From IMG/VR virus record IMGVR_UViG_3300010413_000023, positions 4,191-68,190 of that record: DNA of 64,000 nt. The stretch is one strand, 5' to 3'. The position numbers and the translations under genes are program-made. Each line of letters begins with the position of its first letter. Position 1 is the stretch's first letter. Shown piece after piece: positions 29,776-36,808 of this stretch. The DNA is from a virus. The notes under the pieces are model-generated. The model was not told the DNA's origin and ran no database searches. It worked only from the letters and a program-made list of their open reading frames with translations.

Positions 29776-30099
29776 TTATGATCCGCCAAGTGATTGCAAA
29801 AGGTACTGAATGGCGTAAAATTCTGGGTTGATAAGGCGGGCTATGGCAGCCGCTAACAGGATAGTAGCGATGCTAAAGATCATCACCATCAGATAATCAA
29901 CACCGTCGTCTTCGTGGTATGCCAGGGTAGTCGATTTCGCGGCCTTAAAGAGCAAAACGGCCAATGTGACGCACACCCCAACCCCAATGAGATTTTGAGC
30001 CGCTATGATGTAGACTTGCTTGATCAAGATTCGCCATACCTCAGGCGATGCCGTCTTGACGAATGTGACCAATTCTCCTAACACGTCTTTCCATTCCAT
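29776..30099 (-). CDS. Two-TM membrane protein
   Basis: Two hydrophobic helices, INPEFYAI; flanked by 21-bp direct repeats. Confidence 0.6.
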   Translation of the reverse strand: MEWKDVLGELVTFVKTASPEVWRILIKQVYIIAAQNLIGVGVCVTLAVLLFKAAKSTTLAYHEDDGVDYLMVMIFSIATILLAAAIARLINPEFYAIQYLLQSLGGS

Positions 30100-30285
30100 C
30101 TGTTCCCATCCTTTCTGAAAAATCCCCCGGCGGCTATATTGGCGGTTAGCTCGACCGCCGGGGGTTGCCTTATCACTACATTTTAGAGCGTCAGCTCACA
30201 GTTCACCGCGATAACGGCTCCCTTGGGGTTTCAGCCGGTCGCGGGTATGCGGTTGGGTGTGCAATGGGTGAGGGGTGGCTCCTTT

Positions 30286-30636
30286 CTAGTCGATCAGCTT
30301 GACCGATACCGACGGATTGCCTTGTGTGAATGGAATCTCTGTGATCTCTGCATCGCTGCAAATAGCGCGGTAGTCGAATACCTCTTTGCGATGCTTGTTT
30401 TTGATCAATTCCAGGTGGTGCTGTTGGCCGAACTCGGCGCACTCGAGCTGATCATAAAAAGCGCCTTCATAGTCGTATGCCTTGCGTCCTGCCGAATAAC
30501 TGGCCCGGACGTTGCCGACAGTCTGGGTTTTGCCCAGCTCCAGGACAGCGGCGGCGATCTCAGTTTCCAGTGCGTCAAGTTCACGCCGTCGTGTTTCCCA
30601 TTGTAACATTTTGCCTGCTAATTCTGATGCGTCCAT
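30286..30636 (-). CDS. Hypothetical phage protein (coiled coil)
   Basis: AAAGGGG RBS; next to recombinase. Confidence 0.55.
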   Translation of the reverse strand: MDASELAGKMLQWETRRRELDALETEIAAAVLELGKTQTVGNVRASYSAGRKAYDYEGAFYDQLECAEFGQQHHLELIKNKHRKEVFDYRAICSDAEITEIPFTQGNPSVSVKLID

Positions 30637-30830
30637 CGTTTCCCCTTTCTAGTCGTCCAGCGGATCGGCGTACTGTGCCCATTCGCGCTTGGTGTACTCG
30701 ACCGATTCCCCGCATGTATCGCACGTGAGCGTGACCGCATAGAGTGTCCCCGGTTCTTTGTGGAGCTTGCCGCCGCAAATGCAGTCAAATATGGCGGCTC
30801 TCTCCGTGGCGTCTGCTGCGCGGATGAAAG

Positions 30831-31658
30831 TCATTGTGTCACCTCGGCGGGTGACGTTTCCGTTTTTGCGAACTTTGACAATTGATGGTCCACCAATACG
30901 GCCCAGGAATTTTGCACTGTACGCTGATCCTTGTCAAGCATTTGTTCGATCACGTTTACGGCGTGTTCTTTGTGCTTGTAGCCAATAGCCAGGGCTGCAA
31001 CGGTGTACAATTCCCGCCAGTCTTCGGGCGCTGGATAGTTTTGGATAAACTCGGCTGTCAGCTCTGCGGGCGGTTCCGGCGTAATGTGAGGCAATTTCGT
31101 TTCTGTCTCTGTCGATTTTGGCTGCGTCGGCGTCACGTCAATGATCAAATCACCATCACCGTCAACCGGGGCTCCCAGCTCCTCTGGGGTGTAAACGCCA
31201 GTCTGGAACACGTCGGGGCAGTACCACTTGACGCCATTGGACATTGCCCTGGCAAAAAGCATATTGCGAGGGTACTTGTCGAGATTCTGCGTTCCAGCCT
31301 TGCGGGCATCGTCAAGCGTAAACTCACTGCGTCCGAGTTCCTGCACGCCCTCGAAAAATGCAATCTCACACCTGGTTGCTGTCATCTCAACGATGCGGTA
31401 ATCGTACTTGGCAGAACGCTTGACGGCCTGCGCCATCATATTGGCCGATACCGACACTTTGCCCTTGATGACATAAATCCCCGTCATTGAGGCAATGGGG
31501 CCAAATCCTAACTCGCGTCCGGCCAGCACCTTGACGACGGCCTGCTCTGCGTTCGTGTCGTCTGCAAACCGTTTCGACTCAGCCAAAACACGACCCAGCG
31601 TCAAGGTATCTTGCAAACTCATTTGCTGCGTGGTAACTAGTGCTGTACTCTCACTCAT
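30831..31658 (-). CDS. Single-strand annealing recombinase (RecT/Redbeta-like)
   Basis: KVLAGRELGFGP..SM.GIYVIKGK..SANMM...FT..DARKAG...KYPRNMLFARA. Confidence 0.75.
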   Translation of the reverse strand: MSESTALVTTQQMSLQDTLTLGRVLAESKRFADDTNAEQAVVKVLAGRELGFGPIASMTGIYVIKGKVSVSANMMAQAVKRSAKYDYRIVEMTATRCEIAFFEGVQELGRSEFTLDDARKAGTQNLDKYPRNMLFARAMSNGVKWYCPDVFQTGVYTPEELGAPVDGDGDLIIDVTPTQPKSTETETKLPHITPEPPAELTAEFIQNYPAPEDWRELYTVAALAIGYKHKEHAVNVIEQMLDKDQRTVQNSWAVLVDHQLSKFAKTETSPAEVTQ

Positions 31659-31682
31659 GTCTCCTTTTCCTTTCTGTTCCCC

Positions 31683-32042
31683 CTAAAATAATGTACCCAG
31701 GCTGTCGGCCTGGGTGTCGGCGGCATCCCTGGCATACATCCTGTCGATGTATGCCTGCCGCGTCCAGTGCTTTTGGAAATCGCCATAAAGGCGATCCCAT
31801 CCCCGCAGCGTGTGAACCAACAACTTGCGCTCAATCTGCAAAAACAGGTGAAACGGCTCGCGTTCCCAGGTGATGCCTTTTTGGTGGTTGTATGCGTTGA
31901 AATCTATTTCACTTACCAGATCCACCTGCGTCGTCTCCGCGTCCATTGCCTCGACCGTTGTGCCCACGATGCGGGCCAATTCGCGTTCGCTGGCTTTGTT
32001 TCGTTCGATGCGGTTGTTGAGTCTGTCGATTATGTCGCTCAT
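31683..32042 (-). CDS. Hypothetical protein
   Basis: AGGAGG RBS. Confidence 0.5.
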   Translation of the reverse strand: MSDIIDRLNNRIERNKASERELARIVGTTVEAMDAETTQVDLVSEIDFNAYNHQKGITWEREPFHLFLQIERKLLVHTLRGWDRLYGDFQKHWTRQAYIDRMYARDAADTQADSLGTLF

Positions 32043-32083
32043 CTTTCCTCCTGTGCCCGGATAGGCTCCGGGCGGGGTGTGGG

Positions 32084-32659
32084 CTAACCCTGACCTGTTC
32101 TTTGCTCTACGAACAACGATATGTCATGCGGAAAGCGAGAGTTCGCAAAAATGTTGTTGTCTATCATGGATACCATGGTACGAATCCTAGCTATTGCAGC
32201 ATCATACTTTGCAGCATTTTGTGCAATTTGCTTATCTGACATCAAGAGTGCCTCGTGCAAGTTTGCTATCTCGACGATAACGCGGCAGGCGGAAACCAGC
32301 TCCGGCATACAGAGCGCAAGAGTTGCATTGGCGCGCCTTTCGTCTTGTGAGGCAAAACCCAAAACGGTGAATACGTCGATCCCGGTCTTGTCTACGATGG
32401 TAATGCCATCCAGATGCCAGGGCCTAGGGGAAAAGGTGTCAATGTTGATTTCGCTGTCTTGACGCTTGACGTGGCAAATCTCACTCGTTCTCACATAGAT
32501 GATCGATCCGTCCTCTATGTTCTTGATTCCAACAAGCCCACCGTGAAGATTAACAACAACAAACTTTTGATGACAGAGATAGTAGCGCTTTTTCCCGTTT
32601 CGCGTTATCTCTATCACGTTTTTGTTCTCGACAATATCACCTATTTCAAATGGATTCAT
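32084..32659 (-). CDS. Hypothetical protein
   Basis: Contains phage SP.PW...ANA.L....PEL motif; AT-rich. Confidence 0.5.
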   Translation of the reverse strand: MNPFEIGDIVENKNVIEITRNGKKRYYLCHQKFVVVNLHGGLVGIKNIEDGSIIYVRTSEICHVKRQDSEINIDTFSPRPWHLDGITIVDKTGIDVFTVLGFASQDERRANATLALCMPELVSACRVIVEIANLHEALLMSDKQIAQNAAKYDAAIARIRTMVSMIDNNIFANSRFPHDISLFVEQRTGQG

Positions 32660-32914
32660 TTTCTAACTCCTCTTTCATCAATCTGATAAGATTTTCCTTC
32701 TCGCTATCGGATTCAGACGACATGTAAAGTGCCCGATATTTGTCAAGTATTTTTATGGTATTAACTATGCTAACAACTCTGTACAGCGGTGATGGTCCGA
32801 GCATAGGTACTCCAAAAGAAGCAAACACAAGTTTCTTCCAGAACTCAATGCTATCTAATATTTGCTTCTCATCATCGCTCATGGGAAGTTGTTCAAAGTG
32901 AAATTCATTCTCTT

Positions 32915-33256
32915 TCATAGCCCCAAGTACTCCCGTGCGTACCGCAGCCGACCGTCGTGTTCGTGTCCCTCAAAGTATGCCGCCAGTTGCCGGACTTGCT
33001 CGTGCTGTGAACCGGCCCGCTGTGCTACGTGGGCAACCAAGTCAACGAATTGTGACGGTGAAAGTTGGCACAAGCACTGTTCTACGTGGAAGGAAAGCCG
33101 CCCCGACCGAAGCGCCCAAACCAGTGAATCAACAACCCCTGCGACCCGGTAATCTGAATGTCCCTCAAGCGCCAACCGGACAAAGTGCACTTCCATCCGA
33201 ACGCCCCGCCGAAATCCTAACTCTTGCCGTAATTGTTGTGCGTATGATTGTCCCAT
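32915..33256 (-). CDS. Hypothetical protein, first gene after promoter P33
   Basis: CAGAAAGAGGGACAAG-ATG start identical to 29155. Confidence 0.55.
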   Translation of the reverse strand: MGQSYAQQLRQELGFRRGVRMEVHFVRLALEGHSDYRVAGVVDSLVWALRSGRLSFHVEQCLCQLSPSQFVDLVAHVAQRAGSQHEQVRQLAAYFEGHEHDGRLRYAREYLGL

Positions 33257-33293
33257 CTTGTCCCTCTTTCTGCTCGTTTGGTTAACTGTATAC

Positions 33294-33322
33294 ATTGTAT
33301 CACACAATCAGCAGAATGTCAA
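33294..33322 (-). promoter_or_regulatory. Sigma70 promoter P33
   Basis: TTGACA-17-TACAAT with TG extension. Confidence 0.8.
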
Positions 33323-33360
33323 GGGTTTGCGCAACTAAAAAAGAAATTCTCAATAAAGTA

Positions 33361-33522
33361 CTAAATTTTTAGTTCCTCGGCATCTAGGGCGCGTTCGACC
33401 AACAGCCGGATCATCTCGCTCCGGCTCCAACGTTGTTCGCGTTTTTGCTGTTCCTCGATGCGCTGAACCATTGACGGTGTAAACCTGATTGGTATGACCT
33501 CGGTCCGTTTTTCCTGTTCCAT
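33361..33522 (-). CDS. Ribbon-helix-helix (CopG/Arc-like) regulator
   Basis: VIPIRFTPSM..RIEE....SRSEMIRLLVERAL. Confidence 0.75.
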   Translation of the reverse strand: MEQEKRTEVIPIRFTPSMVQRIEEQQKREQRWSRSEMIRLLVERALDAEELKI

Positions 33523-33714
33523 CTCTCCTATCCTTTCCCCACCCATCCCCAGGCGGTCATTCGGCGGCCTGCTCTGGCTGTTCCTCTGCCGGTTTCATCC
33601 CCTCGGCAAGCGAAATTACAGCCGCCTCGATCCATTGTTCTGGCGTCAAGTCTGACAATCGCGCCAGTTCGATGGCCAGGCGCATGGTGTCGGTGTCTAG
33701 GTCGATACGGGTGG

Positions 33715-33990
33715 TCATTGTTCTTCCTGTTCCATGTCTAGCTTCTCACTTGATACGGTATACGACTCATAGTGATCTTCGTATTCGTCAACGTGTACCC
33801 TGACGCGGTATGCCTGTTCTGTCTCAAGTTCGCCGCAAATGTACGGCGTTTCATCCTCGTTGGTTTCTCTGAGAAAGTCGAGATAGGCCATTGGCACTTG
33901 TTCGCCGGTTACGTTCCAAATGTCGAACGAATGCGGAACACCCGGATCGTCAACGTGCGAATGTAGCCAAATCGTTAGTTCGACTTTCAT
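33715..33990 (-). CDS. Acidic hypothetical protein
   Basis: ATGA-coupled; GGGGG RBS. Confidence 0.5.
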   Translation of the reverse strand: MKVELTIWLHSHVDDPGVPHSFDIWNVTGEQVPMAYLDFLRETNEDETPYICGELETEQAYRVRVHVDEYEDHYESYTVSSEKLDMEQEEQ

Positions 33991-34190
33991 TGTTCCCCCT
34001 TGTACTCGACGCCCGAGTCAACCAGGATGCGCCCCGTGTCGAGCATTTCGGCCATCATCCGAATGGCTGCACTCAGGTTCGGCCCGCGCAATGTTGACAG
34101 TCCGTGGTCGTCTGAAAAACGCGATAGGCGTTCAATGGTTGCCGCGTCCAGGTTGACGCTTGTGTTCTGATATGTCATGTGTCCCTCCAT
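33987..34190 (-). CDS. Ribbon-helix-helix-like regulator, divergent from tnpB
   Basis: TSVNLD..TIERL.RF...NLSAAIR. Confidence 0.6.
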   Translation of the reverse strand: MEGHMTYQNTSVNLDAATIERLSRFSDDHGLSTLRGPNLSAAIRMMAEMLDTGRILVDSGVEYKGEQ

Positions 34191-34201
34191 TTCTAATATC
34201 T

Positions 34202-34231
34202 ATTATACAATGGAATGCCGTCACCTGTCAA
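34202..34231 (-). promoter_or_regulatory. Consensus sigma70 promoter (leftward early operon)
   Basis: TTGACA-18-TATAAT. Confidence 0.8.
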
Positions 34232-34357
34232 TAGTATTTTCGTGGATATATCGCCTGACTACTTATGCGCCACTTTGCCAAAGTTCGCGTGCTACGTAAA
34301 TTCCTTATTTCGGCATTTGCGTAGCATGACAAAAGCCGCCAGATGGGGGCTAGATAT

Positions 34358-34386
34358 TTGACAATAGACCTATTTTATGGTATGAT
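34358..34386 (+). promoter_or_regulatory. Sigma70 promoter for tnpB/CRISPR unit
   Basis: TTGACA-17-TATGAT with extended TG. Confidence 0.85.
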
Positions 34387-34389
34387 TTA

Positions 34390-34522
34390 GCTGTGAGACA
34401 AAGAGAAGCCGCGATCATTTTTGAATACCACAAAAGCACAGGCTTTTTCAACAAAGCCCGGTATCATAATTTTCTCTTTGTCTCACAGCAACAGAGAACA
34501 AAACAATGATACCGGGCTTTGT
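34390..34522 (+). promoter_or_regulatory. Structured 5' leader with two interleaved perfect inverted repeats
   Basis: 18-bp IR 34390-34407/34472-34489 and 17-bp IR 34451-34467/34506-34522 in A-B-A'-B' order. Confidence 0.75.
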
Positions 34523-34539
34523 CATGTTAGGCTGAAAAT

Positions 34540-35730
34540 ATGAGAGCATATAAAGCGGAACTCGATCCAAACAACAAACAAATTGGTTTTTTTCGTCAAT
34601 GCGCCGGCGCGTCCCGTTTTGTATTCAACTGGGGATTGGCTAGGTGGCAGCAATTATATGAGGAAGGGGAAAAGCCAAGTCGGTATGGTTTGTGTAAAGA
34701 GTTCAATTCAATCAAAGACGAGCAGTGTCCGTGGATTCGAGCCTTGCCCTATGCCGTTGTCGAGGCAGCCTTCTATGATCTTGGTTTTGCATTCCAGAAT
34801 TTTTTCAGACGTGTCAAACAAGGGGCCGATAAAGCTGGTTATCCAAAATTCAAACAGCGATCAGGGAAACGATCTTTTGCTGTGCGAAGCGCAACCGTTG
34901 AGCGCGACAGAATCAGGATCACCAGCCTGGGCTGGGTGCGTCTCAAAGAAAACGGCTATTTGCCTATCGAGGGCAAGCACACGGTATATGCTAGAATCTC
35001 AGAACGTGCCGGACGTTGGTATGTAGCTATTGGAACAGAACATGAAGCAGAGCCAACAGAACTGACCGATCTTGTAATTGGCATTGACCTGGGCCTCAAG
35101 ACGCGGGCCGTATTCTCAAATGGGACATTTTTTGATGCGCCCAAAGCGACATACGAGTATGAGAAAAAGCTGGCGCGGGCAAGCCGTGAACTGTCACGCC
35201 GGAAGCGGGGCGGGCAGAATTGGAAGAAAACAAAGCTCAGAGTTCAGCGCCTGCACGCCAAGATCGCAGACGTTCGCAAGCATTGGTTACACCAGATCAG
35301 CCATTATGCAACGTATGAGTTGAGGCCAAGCGTGATTGTCCTGGAAGACCTTAACGTGTCCGGGATGGTGAAAAACAGGCACTTGGCGAAAGCTGTCAGT
35401 GATGCTGGATTTTATGAACTACGGAGACAGATCGAATACAAAGCTGCGTGGCTTGGTATCGAGGTTGTCATAGCAGACCAATGGTTTGCCAGTAGCAAAA
35501 CGTGTTCTGTGTGTGGTTGGAAAAACACAGACCTGGCACTCTCGGATCGCGTTTTCAAATGCCCAGAGTGCGGGCTTGAGATGGACAGGGACTTGAATGC
35601 GGCGCATAATCTGGCCGCTTTAGTGAACCGTCAAACAGACGGGGATTGCCTGGGGAGTTGCGGTGATGTAATGTCGTACTGTGAACCAGGAACTCGGCAG
35701 CCGAAAGCAGGCATAAGAACCGGGATGTGA
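34540..35730 (+). CDS. tnpB: RNA-guided endonuclease TnpB / compact Cas12-like effector (CRISPR-associated)
   Basis: N-terminal RAYKAELDPN HTH; RuvC-I GIDLG, RuvC-II VLEDL, Zn finger CSVCG...CPECG, RuvC-III DRDLNAA all intact; 396 aa. Confidence 0.93.
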   Translation: MRAYKAELDPNNKQIGFFRQCAGASRFVFNWGLARWQQLYEEGEKPSRYGLCKEFNSIKDEQCPWIRALPYAVVEAAFYDLGFAFQNFFRRVKQGADKAGYPKFKQRSGKRSFAVRSATVERDRIRITSLGWVRLKENGYLPIEGKHTVYARISERAGRWYVAIGTEHEAEPTELTDLVIGIDLGLKTRAVFSNGTFFDAPKATYEYEKKLARASRELSRRKRGGQNWKKTKLRVQRLHAKIADVRKHWLHQISHYATYELRPSVIVLEDLNVSGMVKNRHLAKAVSDAGFYELRRQIEYKAAWLGIEVVIADQWFASSKTCSVCGWKNTDLALSDRVFKCPECGLEMDRDLNAAHNLAALVNRQTDGDCLGSCGDVMSYCEPGTRQPKAGIRTGM

Positions 35731-35774
35731 TCGGGGTAAATCCCGATCATCACCTACGAACTGTGGGATTCAAC
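35625..35774 (+). ncRNA. omegaRNA/tracrRNA-like scaffold overlapping tnpB 3' end
   Basis: ACCGTC..GACGG hairpin, GCCTGGGGAG...GTGAACCAGGAA TnpB right-end-like motif, hairpin 35728-35749, end ...TGTGGGATTCAAC complementary to the repeat; boundaries approximate. Confidence 0.65.
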
Positions 35775-35798
35775 GTGGGCTTAATAACTGCATATAGG

Positions 35799-36073
35799 GT
35801 TGAACCCACATGCGCGTGGGGGATTGGTCTTGCGATCACTCTTTACAGGTTGATCGAAAGTTGAACCCACATGCGCGTGGGGGATTGGGTGCATCCTGAC
35901 AAAGCGGCGGTTGTCTATGCGTTGAACCCACATGCGCGTGGGGGATTGGTGTAGCACGAAAAACGAACTTTGACAAAAGCCAGTTGAACCCACAGGCGCG
36001 TGGGAGATTGGGAAGCCGCATCAGAAATGGTGCGACTTTTGTCAGTTGAACCCACATGTGCATAGGTGACTGA
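35799..36073. CRISPR. CRISPR mini-array, 5 repeats (29 bp) and 4 spacers (32,32,33,33 bp)
   Basis: GTTGAACCCACATGCGCGTGGGGGATTGG at 35799, 35860, 35921; 2-mismatch copy at 35983; degenerate copy at 36045; internal CCCAC/GTGGG hairpin. Confidence 0.95.
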
Positions 36074-36101
36074 AAGCCGCACCCTTTCGAGCACGGCTTT
36101 C
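36072..36101. terminator. Possibly bidirectional terminator hairpin after array
   Basis: GAAAGCCG-caccctttcgagca-CGGCTTTC. Confidence 0.55.
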
Positions 36102-36219
36102 CTTACTGTTCCGCCTATGGGCGGTCAGCTATTGTGACGCACATGCTAGCCTATGCGCCACGATATGACGGCGCTGGTATGCCGTCGGCCCGGCCATACT
36201 ATGTACCGGGGGAGTATTG

Positions 36220-36741
36220 TTACGCTAAATGAAGCGCTTTTGTTTTTTCACCTGCCATGTATGACCACGGGCAATTGTCGGTTGTGAAATATCCGAGACG
36301 GTATAATTCAGCATCCACACGCTCCAGTGTTTTGCTGTGCAGTCTCATTTTAGGGCCATTGGCATCGATCCATGTTGCCATGTTCCAACTGCCAGTATAA
36401 GCACGGCTTGCGCCCAGCCAATCGACCACCATTTCCCGCACATAAATTTCAGGCATTGGCAAACAGCCGTTTTCAGCCTTACTGCCCCCATGACTATGAT
36501 CGCTACGTGTGATCCAATATTCCCAGTGATGTGGATTACAGTTTTGATGATGTAGCCACGCCGCTGCAAATCCATGTGGATCGCTTTTGTCTCCAAAGAA
36601 TTGCCGATCATAGTGTGGCAATTCTGATCTTGAGAATTTGCTTATATCATGGACGATAGCACGCCATAGCGGAAACCCTGTCCGAATTGCCGCGATCAAA
36701 ACGAACCATTTGTGTTTTAGTGTTGCAAAAAAGTATCTCAT
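36220..36741 (-). CDS. HD-domain-like phage protein (DUF5662-like)
   Basis: HKWFV...HDISKF...AWLHHQNCNPHHWEYW...MP..YVREMVVDW.GA. Confidence 0.75.
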   Translation of the reverse strand: MRYFFATLKHKWFVLIAAIRTGFPLWRAIVHDISKFSRSELPHYDRQFFGDKSDPHGFAAAWLHHQNCNPHHWEYWITRSDHSHGGSKAENGCLPMPEIYVREMVVDWLGASRAYTGSWNMATWIDANGPKMRLHSKTLERVDAELYRLGYFTTDNCPWSYMAGEKTKALHLA

Positions 36742-36808
36742 TTTTCCCTCTTTTGTTGCCGGTTGCGCTTTCGGGCGGGGGTTTCCCTACTCACGCAACC
36801 GGGACAAC

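Noticed and set aside
34411-34423. Spacer 1 match in tnpB leader (GCGATCA)
   Set aside because: Only 7 contiguous nt (10/13); expected by chance.
34540-35730. Nuclease-dead TnpB (TldR-like) repressor
   Set aside because: All three RuvC acidic residues (GID, LED, DRD) are present.
34190-35800. Complete IS200/IS605 or IS607 transposon
   Set aside because: No Y1 (HUH) or serine TnpA nearby; the divergent ORF is RHH-like; the gene has a dedicated promoter and an array.
35781-36063. ORFs 35781..35993 and 35836..36063 with repeated peptides
   Set aside because: They are translations of the CRISPR repeats.
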